Origin: Promethearchaeia archaeon
GTDB lineage: Archaea > Asgardarchaeota > Lokiarchaeia > Sigyniarchaeales > SOKP01
Length of the DNA stretch: 46,828 nucleotides
Direction: 5' to 3'
Assembly (NCBI GenBank): GCA_029856155.1
Contig: JAHQWL010000035.1
Span: 1-46,828, forward strand
The notes under the pieces were generated by a model. That model was not told the DNA's origin and ran no database searches. It worked only from the letters and a program-made list of their open reading frames with translations. Position 1 is the first letter of the stretch. Every line of letters starts with the position of its first letter. This document shows positions 29,974-39,418 of the stretch, one piece after another. The position numbers were made by a program, and so were the translations under genes.

Positions 29974-30966
29974 TTAAATTCTATCGGTTTTCCTTTCTCT
30001 TAAAGTCGTAATCGGTCTACTCTGTAAAATATAGAGAATATCATTTTCGATTGCCCACTCAATGTCTTGAGGATAATTGAAACTTTTTTCAAGTTTTAAT
30101 CCAAGTTTATAGAGTCTAAAAAGTTGTGAATCATCAAGAGAACATACTTTTTGGAGATTTTTTTTAGTTGCTATTAAAGTTGTAGAAGATTCAGAAGGAT
30201 TAGGAATAGACATTTTTTCTTTTTCTCCTATAACCTTTTTTATAATACTAAACTTATTCTTGCTTATAATTAATAGATCTGGGATTATTAAATTACTTGT
30301 TATAGTTTCGCCAAGTCCCCAAGTGGAATTAACCAACATTTCATTCTTTGAATTATTTATTATGTTTGCTGTGAATAAAACCCCTGAAACTTGAGAATTG
30401 ACCATTTTTTGAATAATTACTGCCATTTCTAAGTCTTTTAACAAAATCTGCGTATTACTTTTTCTTATCTGTAGAAGATATAGTAATGCATTTGGAGTAA
30501 ATAAAGAGATCCAACAATTCTTTACCGATTCTAGTATCTCATCAAAAGTGATAATATTTAAGTAACTTTCTGCTTGTCCTGCAAATGAGAATTTAATTGA
30601 ATCTTCGATATTTGCTGAAGACCTAACAGAAAATGAGACTTTTTTCCCAACATTCTTACAAGTAATATCAAATGCTTTTTTAATTTCTTTAATAACCTCA
30701 GGGGGGATTTGAGATTTCAGAAATAAGTTCTTAATTTCTTTAGATATATTTAAAACATCTTTAGGTTGATAATCTAGTGAGAATCTATTGAAAATTTCTT
30801 CTTTTACAGGAGAATTTTCAAGAAATCTTTTAAAGGCAAGTGTATTTACAATAAATCCCAATGGAACATTTATTCCAAGTTTAATTAGATTTATTAAATT
30901 TGACCCTTTGCCACCAAATAAGCTCAGATTTGGGCTTACATTAGTTAAAAATTCTACATAAGTCAT
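29974..30966 (-). CDS. Stand-alone PEP synthase/PPDK N-terminal ATP-grasp domain protein
   Basis: GGKGSNL, VPLGF, VRSSANIED..FSFAGQ, IQKMV, GLGE, PQDIEWA, LQSRPITT, then stop. Confidence 0.92.
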   Translation of the reverse strand: MTYVEFLTNVSPNLSLFGGKGSNLINLIKLGINVPLGFIVNTLAFKRFLENSPVKEEIFNRFSLDYQPKDVLNISKEIKNLFLKSQIPPEVIKEIKKAFDITCKNVGKKVSFSVRSSANIEDSIKFSFAGQAESYLNIITFDEILESVKNCWISLFTPNALLYLLQIRKSNTQILLKDLEMAVIIQKMVNSQVSGVLFTANIINNSKNEMLVNSTWGLGETITSNLIIPDLLIISKNKFSIIKKVIGEKEKMSIPNPSESSTTLIATKKNLQKVCSLDDSQLFRLYKLGLKLEKSFNYPQDIEWAIENDILYILQSRPITTLRERKTDRI

Positions 30967-31007
30967 TTTTTAATTAAAAATGAATCGAGTGTAAAATAAT
31001 TTAGTCA

Positions 31008-31364
31008 TTAATCAAGTAAATATAAAATCCCATTATCATCTTCATCATGAACGATTTTTGCTGTTTTCCCATCTAATGATGAGATATCGTCTATTAGAAA
31101 TTTAATGCCCATAATACAAGGCAAACCAAATTCTCTAGAAACTATAGCTAAATGCGAACCTGCAGAACCTTTTGTACATATAGTACCAACCAAATCGGAT
31201 ATAATTGGGCTAAGTGTTGTGATTCCGGCATCTTCTACAATACAAATTTTTCCAGTAGCTTCATCAAATAGATTAATGACATCTTCTATTGTTTGAATAT
31301 AAGCTAATTCTCCAGTAACTTCAGATTTTGACGAACAAGATAAACCTTCACCGATTTTTTCCAT
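31008..31364 (-). CDS. Stand-alone PEP-utilising phosphohistidine swivel domain
   Basis: TKGSAGSHLAIVSREFGLPCIMG phospho-His signature in a 118-aa protein. Confidence 0.9.
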   Translation of the reverse strand: MEKIGEGLSCSSKSEVTGELAYIQTIEDVINLFDEATGKICIVEDAGITTLSPIISDLVGTICTKGSAGSHLAIVSREFGLPCIMGIKFLIDDISSLDGKTAKIVHDEDDNGILYLLD

Positions 31365-31526
31365 AAGAGATATCCCTAAGAGATCCTATTATATTGTAGT
31401 TAAATGATTTTTTATTTTTTATATATTACTTAAATTTTTTTAAAAATATGAGATTCAATTATTAATTATAAATATTAATAAGTTGAAATTACTAATCAAT
31501 AACCAAAATTTTATGAGAATAGCGAT

Positions 31527-32684
31527 ATGAATATTAAAGAAACTAATGAATTAATTGCTCATGTATCTGAAATAATTGATTACCAAGTTTCAAAGAGGGG
31601 TTTGTTAGAATCACAACTATTTCCCGTTACTGCTTATATTTGTGTCTCTTTTTATAATGCTTATGACATGCTCTATGATATTTTGAAAAAAGTATCAGAA
31701 AAAATTACTCCAGAAAAGATGGGAAAAGAAAGTCGGAAGATTTTATCAGAGATCCAAGCTCTTAGTATTTTCTATATACCATTATATTATATGGCGGGTC
31801 GAATGGGCGAGATCTATAGAAATAATGAAGATCCGAAAAGCGAAAGTGAAGAAAAAAGAAAGCAAACTATGTTCATATTAGATTTCTGGAGAAGATTAGC
31901 ATCCTCTTATTTTCCAAATAATAAATTATCTGTAAATGATTCAGCAAAGAAAAATATTGCATTAAACCAATCGGATATCGATTGGACATTAAATAATATT
32001 AAAGATGTTTCTAAAGAACAAGCTATGAAAATTAAAAGAACTATGGCAAACTTAGAACTGATTTCATACATAGATGAATGTGAAGCGAGAGCAAAATTAT
32101 GTGATCATGGACCCTATCGAGTAGATGAGAATGAAATTTTAGTTTTTCGAGAAATATTGCATTTGTACGATGGTGATAAACCTCATTTTCCTTGGTCTGC
32201 AACTGACGCAACGGCACCATATACGAATATTGCATTTGTTCTTCGCTTAAAAAATGTTGAAATAGAATTGGATGAATTTGCATCTCTAGAATCAAAACCT
32301 ATTGATTTTACAGATAATATAACAGGTGCGGCAATGCTAACTAGAGACGCAAACGATGTGATCCCGCTCGATTTTGATGTTTTAGATGCGTTTAATGATT
32401 ACGCTGTAAAGGCAAATAAGGAATTGTACTTGAAGTTTTCAAAATGGGATAGAAAACAGAGATTAATTGCTGGGGCTTACGCTTATTGCTATGGATATGC
32501 TAGATATACAAATTTTGTAGGAATAACCGATGAAATAAATTGGGATCTAACAGAAAGAACAATGAATAAATATATACCAGAATTCATGGAAAGTGATTTT
32601 GATCAAGGCATTCCAAGATTTTTCAGAAGTAGGGGAAAGAAAAAAAGGGAAGGACCATCTCTTTATTTATTGCCAGAGGATTAG
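31527..32684 (+). CDS. Hypothetical protein (candidate acceptor-binding subunit of the split dikinase)
   Basis: 385-aa soluble ORF divergent from the His-swivel gene; contains ECEAR..LCDHGPY. Function inferred from context only. Confidence 0.7.
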   Translation: MNIKETNELIAHVSEIIDYQVSKRGLLESQLFPVTAYICVSFYNAYDMLYDILKKVSEKITPEKMGKESRKILSEIQALSIFYIPLYYMAGRMGEIYRNNEDPKSESEEKRKQTMFILDFWRRLASSYFPNNKLSVNDSAKKNIALNQSDIDWTLNNIKDVSKEQAMKIKRTMANLELISYIDECEARAKLCDHGPYRVDENEILVFREILHLYDGDKPHFPWSATDATAPYTNIAFVLRLKNVEIELDEFASLESKPIDFTDNITGAAMLTRDANDVIPLDFDVLDAFNDYAVKANKELYLKFSKWDRKQRLIAGAYAYCYGYARYTNFVGITDEINWDLTERTMNKYIPEFMESDFDQGIPRFFRSRGKKKREGPSLYLLPED

Positions 32685-32689
32685 CTAAT

Positions 32690-33610
32690 ATGAATACTAA
32701 GGATTCACAGTCAAGGTTAACAGAAGCAGATGAGCTTCTTCATAAACCTACTAGCGAATCAAAATGGCGAGAATCATATTATTTTAATTGGGTTGATATT
32801 CAAAATGAAATTTCTGGTTTTTCGACCATAGGTTTTGTTCCTAACGAAAAGCGGCGAGAATTTGTTTTTTTGCTCTTTTTACAAGGAAGAAATGAAGTCT
32901 ATTATAAAGAACCACCACTTCTTCATTATGAAGATAATATTAATTCAATGCTCGAAGATAAAAAGCTTTCATATAAACTAATTGAACCATTTAAGGTTTG
33001 GCAAATCGATTATAACTCACGTAAATTAAAATTCAAACTTACATTTGAAACGAGATTTCCTACTTATTCTTTTGGAATTGATTCTTCTGCATCATGGCAC
33101 CAACATTTTGAAGCATCAGGGAAAATTATAGGAGAATTAATATTGAAAGATAATAAAAAGATTGAAATTAATGGATATGGACAACGTGATAAGAGCTGGG
33201 GATATCGTGATTGGCATCAATTTGATAAATGGTATGCAGGTCATTTCCAATTCGAAGGATGGTCATGTACTTTCCGAAAAGATTATTTTGGCAACCAAAT
33301 CGATTTATCAGGGCATACATCAAATAATGAGGGAAATATTCCATTATCTTCTCTAGAAATTGAAACATGTAATGATGACGATCAATTTAATAGTCCCCTT
33401 GCAACTACTTATTTTATTACAGATAAAAAGGATAATTCTTATACAATTAAAGCAGAGAGAATTAAAAAGAATTCATTTATAAGGTTTGCGAGGAGCTTTC
33501 AAGGTGGTTATACTGAACTTTTTGAGCAGATGGTATTCATGAAAAATTTTGATACAGGTGAAATTGGTTCGGGTATGATGGAGCATTTAAGAACGCATCA
33601 TATAGAATAA
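32690..33610 (+). CDS. Tocopherol-cyclase/AttH(CrtC)-like double beta-barrel protein (DUF7064-like)
   Basis: WRESYYFNW, HFEASG.I.G, GYGQRDKSWGYRDW. Starts 5 nt after the upstream gene. Confidence 0.65.
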   Translation: MNTKDSQSRLTEADELLHKPTSESKWRESYYFNWVDIQNEISGFSTIGFVPNEKRREFVFLLFLQGRNEVYYKEPPLLHYEDNINSMLEDKKLSYKLIEPFKVWQIDYNSRKLKFKLTFETRFPTYSFGIDSSASWHQHFEASGKIIGELILKDNKKIEINGYGQRDKSWGYRDWHQFDKWYAGHFQFEGWSCTFRKDYFGNQIDLSGHTSNNEGNIPLSSLEIETCNDDDQFNSPLATTYFITDKKDNSYTIKAERIKKNSFIRFARSFQGGYTELFEQMVFMKNFDTGEIGSGMMEHLRTHHIE

Positions 33611-33623
33611 AAAAAAATAAGAA

Positions 33624-33872
33624 TTAAGATAAGAAATGAGAGAGACTTATTATTGCAGCATTTAACACAACTTCATCACCCTCTTCCGCAGCTATGCTTA
33701 GTTTTTTAGGACGATCAATTCTGAAACCGTCTAAAGAATTAATTGGAAATTCAATGCGTCCTTCTTTATCACTTTCGATAAAAAATATTTGCTGATTGAT
33801 TCCACAGTGCCTGAGTCTATAAATTCTCATTTTATGCTCAGTATCATCCTTTAAGGTAATTATCAAATCCAT
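33624..33872 (-). CDS. Small beta-rich hypothetical protein, paralog B
   Basis: ATG at 33872 aligns with the start of the neighbouring paralog; shares CGINQ..FFIES.KEGRIEFPI..L.GFRIDRPK. Confidence 0.8.
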   Translation of the reverse strand: MDLIITLKDDTEHKMRIYRLRHCGINQQIFFIESDKEGRIEFPINSLDGFRIDRPKKLSIAAEEGDEVVLNAAIISLSHFLS

Positions 33873-33964
33873 TTCATCCAACCTTCTTAACTTTCAAACT
33901 TTTTTATTTATATTATTACTTTTTCAACTATTGGGATATATCGAATGAATTATAGTATCAATGA

Positions 33965-34210
33965 CTATATTAAATGTTTTGAGAGAATTCCAATTGCAGT
34001 ATATAACACGGTACTATCATCTTCATAAGCGGTTCTATGACTTTTTGGACGATCAATCCTAAAACCACTCAAATTTTCAATAGGAAATTCAATACGACCT
34101 TCTTTTGCGCTTTCGATAAAAAATTTTTTCTGATTAATTCCACATTCTATGAGTCTAAGGATCGTCATTTTAAACTGAGTTCCATCTTTTAAGAAAATAT
34201 TCAAATCCAA
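33965..34210 (-). CDS. Small beta-rich hypothetical protein, paralog A
   Basis: TTG start; tandem paralog of 33624-33872. Confidence 0.8.
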   Translation of the reverse strand: MDLNIFLKDGTQFKMTILRLIECGINQKKFFIESAKEGRIEFPIENLSGFRIDRPKSHRTAYEDDSTVLYTAIGILSKHLI

Positions 34211-34487
34211 TTGATCCAGCCTTTTTAAATTTCAAGTTTTAATATAATATTTCCTCTGTTACTATAAAAAACTATTTTTAAATTAATATGATATTTAAAT
34301 ACTAAAATTAATGTGAGCCGAGCTTAAACATCAAGATACAAATTCAGTATTGAGCTGAATATGATTGAGTCTTTAATAACTTTTCAAAATAAAAAAATTA
34401 ATATTTAAAATTAAAAGTTATATATAATTTAACATTTAATCTAAAAAAAAGGTTAAAAATTTTAAAGATATTAAGGGGAAAATAAAA

Positions 34488-35357
34488 ATGTGTAAATGGT
34501 GTATGCAACATGGAATCGGAAAAAAATGGTACATGAATGCAAGAAATTATTCAGATCAGCTTGCTGATGAACACAATCTTCGAGAATATTTAACTGAGCA
34601 GTGGATGAATTTTGAAGCGGTATATATCAGAAAAATTGCGGGATTATCTTCAAAAGGTTTGGGCTACAAATTACAGATGCCGTTAATTGGAAAAATTCTT
34701 CGATGGAGTGTTGAACGAATGATACACGGAGCTGTTAAACATCCGAATCCTATTAGAGCAGATGGTCATATTGGGCAGGTTATACCTATGGAAGACGCTC
34801 AAATTATTCTCGCAAATCTAGCAGCAGAACCGATAGTTGAAACCTATTGCATGTGTCGTAAAATGCAACGAGGCGTAAATTATCAGTGTTGTATTAATTT
34901 TGGAGTGCTTTCAGAAGTTTTGGAAAAGCTTCCAAGATTTATACCTAAAGAGAGAGCACATAGGATATCTCGAGAAGAAGCAATGGAAAGAATAGAACAA
35001 CATAATAAAAATGGATTAGTATCTACTGTTTGGTATCAACCTTATCCATATATAAATGCTATATGTAATTGTGAGAGCCCAGAATGTGGTGCTTTGCGCT
35101 TAAGAAATGATTTTGATCTAATGATAATGTCTAAAGCAGAATACATAATTGAATTAAATCAAGATAATTGTCAAGGGTGTAAAGCTTGTGTATCTATGTG
35201 CCAATGGAGTGCTATACGTTATATCCCATCTATTAAGAGAGTTATAATTGATTACAATAAGTGTTTTGGATGTGGAGTCTGTCGTCATGCTTGTAAACAT
35301 GACGCTCTAAAGCTTATACCAAGGCAAGAATTTCATGGATTTGATGGACATTTTTAG
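34488..35357 (+). CDS. 4Fe-4S dicluster domain protein with extra Cys-rich N-terminal region
   Basis: CQGCKACVSMC and CFGCGVCRHAC, plus CKWC..HG, CMCR, CC and ICNC...C. Confidence 0.85.
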   Translation: MCKWCMQHGIGKKWYMNARNYSDQLADEHNLREYLTEQWMNFEAVYIRKIAGLSSKGLGYKLQMPLIGKILRWSVERMIHGAVKHPNPIRADGHIGQVIPMEDAQIILANLAAEPIVETYCMCRKMQRGVNYQCCINFGVLSEVLEKLPRFIPKERAHRISREEAMERIEQHNKNGLVSTVWYQPYPYINAICNCESPECGALRLRNDFDLMIMSKAEYIIELNQDNCQGCKACVSMCQWSAIRYIPSIKRVIIDYNKCFGCGVCRHACKHDALKLIPRQEFHGFDGHF

Positions 35358-35365
35358 GTGGTTTT

Positions 35366-35620
35366 ATGGGAAAAACAAAAATAAAAATTGATTATTCAAA
35401 ATGCGGCTCTGAGGGAAAGGTTGATCCGAGAGATTGTGCAAAATGCCTAAATGTATGTGACCCTTGTGTGTTTTTAAGACATGAAGATTTAAAATATAAA
35501 GAAGAAAATGTGTATGACCCAAAACATTGGAAAATTACAGCAATTTGGCCATCTGTTTGTACACGCTGTTATAAATGTATAGATGTATGCCCAGAAAATG
35601 CTATAAGTATTAAATGGTGA
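35366..35620 (+). CDS. Ferredoxin (2x[4Fe-4S]-type)
   Basis: C-x10-CAKCLNVC and CTRCYKCIDVCP; SD GGTGG upstream. Confidence 0.85.
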   Translation: MGKTKIKIDYSKCGSEGKVDPRDCAKCLNVCDPCVFLRHEDLKYKEENVYDPKHWKITAIWPSVCTRCYKCIDVCPENAISIKW

Positions 35621-35653
35621 AAATTTTCTTTTTCATTATACAAAATCATAGAA

Positions 35654-36466
35654 TTAGTCCATATCTGCATCTTTTGCTGATTTATAGAGATAGTCAAAGT
35701 AATATAAGGAAGCAGGTCCAAAAGCCACATGGTCTGTTAAAATTCCAAAATAAGACATTTTTTTAGGAAAAAAACTCTCAGAAAGCACAATAAACGCATC
35801 TTCTCCTTCATCAATAATGACAGCACTACCGAAAATTTGATCTCTCCATCTTATCTCGCAAAGTGAGTTATACTTTTTAATCAGAGTTCTGAACTTTTTA
35901 TCTTTTAATGCTTCTGCCTCTACAAGAAGTCGCAAATCAGTTACACCTCGTGCTCTAGCTTTTTTCATATCTTCATAAAATACTTCTAAAAATTCAGATT
36001 TTGCAGAAACAAGATAAATGGATGTTCTTGCTAAATTAATTAAGGATAAAACTTTATTAATACATACATCCCTTCCACGATGAATATATAAAGCAATCTT
36101 AATAGGAGTATCATGAGATTGATAAATTGGTGTTAATGTATGAATAATTTTATTCGAATAATCATCGAAACTAGTATTATATTGCTTCTTGGCAATAATT
36201 AAAGCTTCATCTGGACTTTTAGCAAAATAGCGAGAAGGACGAGACTCTTCTTCTTTTATAATCCACAATTTTTCTTTCTCAAGTTGAGTTAGAATGTTAT
36301 AGATTCTCGAATAGGGGACTCCAGACGCTTCAGAAAGTTCTCTAGCATCCATAGGACCTTTACTTATTAAAGTGAGATATATAGAAATCTCATAATCAGT
36401 AAGACCAATAGACCTCAGAGACTCTTTTACTTTTTCTGGTATTTCTTTTGACATTGTTTTACCCAT
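35654..36466 (-). CDS. TrmB family transcriptional regulator
   Basis: GLTDYE..IY..L..GPMDARELSEASGVPYSRIY HTH, RPSRY, PLD-like C-terminal domain. Confidence 0.92.
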   Translation of the reverse strand: MGKTMSKEIPEKVKESLRSIGLTDYEISIYLTLISKGPMDARELSEASGVPYSRIYNILTQLEKEKLWIIKEEESRPSRYFAKSPDEALIIAKKQYNTSFDDYSNKIIHTLTPIYQSHDTPIKIALYIHRGRDVCINKVLSLINLARTSIYLVSAKSEFLEVFYEDMKKARARGVTDLRLLVEAEALKDKKFRTLIKKYNSLCEIRWRDQIFGSAVIIDEGEDAFIVLSESFFPKKMSYFGILTDHVAFGPASLYYFDYLYKSAKDADMD

Positions 36467-36663
36467 TCTATCATTTTCATGATGTAATTAAAGAATTTAT
36501 GTATGAATAATAATAATAATGATAATATTAATATTCTTTTTCTTAGAGGTTAAGTATTAAGGAAAAAAAGTAGATGATCTCTCCTGTTAAATTCCACTCT
36601 TTATCTCTTTTAAAAGTGGCATCCCTCTTTAAAATTTATTATTAAGTATAGTAGAGAGGGATT

Positions 36664-37224
36664 TCAAATGAATGCTACTGTGAATGATGCACAAATGTTA
36701 ATTATACCAGTTACGAAATAAAGAGTTCTCCACGCATCTCCAATAGTGAAAAATAATGTAAATGAGATAATAAGCCAAATTAAAGAGCATATTGGGAAAA
36801 CTAGTTTGCTTCGATCAGTTTCATTTTGTAATTTGGTTGATATAAATCTAATCAGAACGGGAATAAGATATGCAAGTAAAGAGCTCGAGATAAGAAAAAC
36901 TAGAATAATTATTTCCCATGTCCATAATAAACCTGCAAATATAGAACTATATCCTATTATTATTATAGCAGATATTATTAAAGGTTCTTTAGTTATCTTA
37001 TCCAAGAATCTCATTGATACTATGAATATAATTGAAAATAATATAAAACTTAATGCCATTAAACTCGCAATTGGAACGATGTAAACAAAAACTGACCAAT
37101 GAGATTCAAGAACGTGAGGATTCAAAAACATTAAGAGATTGTAAAAAGGTCCTGAAAAGATACTAGACAAAACGGCAATTGGTATAAATAACTTTAAAAT
37201 TGTTAGGTTCTCCATGTTATTCAT
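36664..37224 (-). CDS. Membrane protein of about 6 TM, half-MFS-like
   Basis: Six hydrophobic segments, degenerate motif A RFLDKITKEP and 'WR.LYF'. Confidence 0.6.
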   Translation of the reverse strand: MNNMENLTILKLFIPIAVLSSIFSGPFYNLLMFLNPHVLESHWSVFVYIVPIASLMALSFILFSIIFIVSMRFLDKITKEPLIISAIIIIGYSSIFAGLLWTWEIIILVFLISSSLLAYLIPVLIRFISTKLQNETDRSKLVFPICSLIWLIISFTLFFTIGDAWRTLYFVTGIINICASFTVAFI

Positions 37225-37405
37225 TTTAATATGGACTCCTTAAAAAGTTTTATTTTACATAAAAAGATTTTTCATAATAAATGATTAATTAATTTTAATA
37301 AAATTAATTGAAGATTACTATAGGAGGAATAAATCAGAAATAATAAGATTCAATGGATTTTAAGTGGAAATATTTAATAATAGTATACAATTCAAAATAT
37401 TTATT

Positions 37406-39418
37406 ATGCAACATAAATCAAAATTAAACCTTTCAGTAGTTATATTAGTTATTGGACTAGGAATATTACCAACTGGATTGTTTATTAAAGGTTATCTCAC
37501 TGATCAAGTTTCTTCAAAAGTTGCTCCTTTTTTATCTGTTGTTGAAGAGGAGGCTTTAATCGCTATCGAAGAAGATTATCTTAGTTTAGGCGTTTCAGAG
37601 ACACTTGAGAGCCTCTCTAATGGACTAATCCCTATAACAGAAGAATGGGCATTAATAAAAGGTATTCCCACAACTCTTTTATATCTTCAAAATACTACAC
37701 TTATAGAGTTGCCAAAATTTATTAATGCATCTCGAGCTGCTTTAGCTATTAGTAATGCAATAGATGATGTTATAGAGGTTAATAAGTCTACAACTACTAA
37801 TGCTATGAATGCATTCTTCAACAATTATACATTTCAAGATGATTTTTCCTCTACAATACAAGGTGTTTCAGAATATATGACCACGGGGTCATATGCTCTT
37901 AATTATAGTTTGATTACTATGGCTAGACTATTAGATGGGGATTTCGGTATTCCCGGATTATTAACTGACCTAGAATTAGGAACAGGTGTTATAAATTGGC
38001 TTCAATTTTATTCTTATGCTAAGGCAAATATTTCAGATTATAGAAATTCAATAGAAAATGCTTATTATTGCAACTGGTCATCTGGTCAGCTTCAGAATCT
38101 TTCAGCATACATAACAACACACTTGTTTGATGAAATTGTGAAATCTCAGTATGCCCCTTTAAATTTAACTGCTTTTACGGAACTAATATTTTATAGTCAA
38201 TGGGCTAATGCTTCAATGGTATCCTCAGGATTTAATTTGAACTTGTTTAGCGAAAATATTACGGCGAATGTAGTGGGTTTAGAAGCTGGTAGGCCAATCC
38301 CTACAAATATTACATTACAAACTACTAAGGATTTATGGGATCCTCTAAATAATTATTCCTTTACTAATGATATTGGAGTTTGGATGTGGTATCTTGCTAT
38401 AGCTGGAAATTCCGTAAATTCAGGATCCTTGAGGTTGGAGTTACAAACAAATTTTGCGTTAGATGATTTGATAATGGACATTCTTTTTAATTGGTTAGTG
38501 AATATAGTTGCAAATAATTTGGTTCCATTAATATTTCCGCTTCCGCACCCGATTGGTAGTGGAATGGAGATATTAGATTATGCTGAAATTTTACTCATGG
38601 AACAATGGGCTAATGGTACGCATTATAGTGAAGGAATTAATTTAAGTGCAGGTGTTAAGGGATTTGAAGTAGGAATTCCAACAAAATCGAATATTTCATT
38701 AACTAGTGCAACTGCTCTATTTAATACATCAAATAACTCATCTTTAGTTCATATAAAAGGTATAGTAAAATGGATGAATGCATATCAAGGAGATACAACT
38801 GCTCAAAATGAGATTATTGGAACTTTTAATTTGACTACAAAACAATTAGATTTAATCACAACCTGGTTATTTACTTCATTTAGATATGATGTAACACCGG
38901 AAGTAACATATATTTATACCGCAACCACAATGTCGACTTATGCGCAATTGGGGTTCTATTATCAATGGTCTGATGGAACACTCTTTCCAAGTGGGATTGA
39001 TCTAGGCCCAATATTAGGTCTAAGTTTAATTAGTGGATGGGAACTAGGACTTCCAACGAGTACAAATATCAATGAGACAATCTCAGCACAATTATGGTCA
39101 GCGGAAGAAGAATTATCCCTAATTCATTATAAGGGGATTTCGATTTGGTTTAGGGCAATGAAAGTAGGAGATTTAAATTATGATTATTTAATGAATCATT
39201 TTGGACTGACCGATAACCAAATGGATGCAATTTTAGATTGGTTAGTAAATATCAGAGAAAATTTTGCAGTTCCTATAGCTCAATTAGAAGCTAATTTTCC
39301 TGTAGACCATTATACGCTAGGGAATAATATTTACTTCGGATTCTTAATAGGTGGAAGTATTATCGCAGTTATTGGAGTCTTAGGTATTGTTTTACTATCT
39401 TTATTTAAAAAGAGATAA
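37406..39418 (+). CDS. Two-TM membrane glycoprotein with large repeated ectodomain (CD36-like topology)
   Basis: N- and C-terminal TM helices, tail KKR, many N-x-S/T sequons, and three clear QW(A/S)..G..G.E.G.P...L(W/F)...S...G...W...F.L...D.I..WL repeats. Confidence 0.75.
   Translation: MQHKSKLNLSVVILVIGLGILPTGLFIKGYLTDQVSSKVAPFLSVVEEEALIAIEEDYLSLGVSETLESLSNGLIPITEEWALIKGIPTTLLYLQNTTLIELPKFINASRAALAISNAIDDVIEVNKSTTTNAMNAFFNNYTFQDDFSSTIQGVSEYMTTGSYALNYSLITMARLLDGDFGIPGLLTDLELGTGVINWLQFYSYAKANISDYRNSIENAYYCNWSSGQLQNLSAYITTHLFDEIVKSQYAPLNLTAFTELIFYSQWANASMVSSGFNLNLFSENITANVVGLEAGRPIPTNITLQTTKDLWDPLNNYSFTNDIGVWMWYLAIAGNSVNSGSLRLELQTNFALDDLIMDILFNWLVNIVANNLVPLIFPLPHPIGSGMEILDYAEILLMEQWANGTHYSEGINLSAGVKGFEVGIPTKSNISLTSATALFNTSNNSSLVHIKGIVKWMNAYQGDTTAQNEIIGTFNLTTKQLDLITTWLFTSFRYDVTPEVTYIYTATTMSTYAQLGFYYQWSDGTLFPSGIDLGPILGLSLISGWELGLPTSTNINETISAQLWSAEEELSLIHYKGISIWFRAMKVGDLNYDYLMNHFGLTDNQMDAILDWLVNIRENFAVPIAQLEANFPVDHYTLGNNIYFGFLIGGSIIAVIGVLGIVLLSLFKKR

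Noticed and set aside
36506-36535. (AAT)n run or CRISPR-like repeats
   Set aside because: Short low-complexity microsatellite; no repeat-spacer array seen anywhere in the window.
18720-37224. Selenocysteine read-through at TGA-ending genes (E1, AcuC, ferredoxin, half-MFS)
   Set aside because: Each TGA falls at a natural domain end, none aligns with a catalytic Cys, and no convincing AUGA/AA/GA SECIS was seen.
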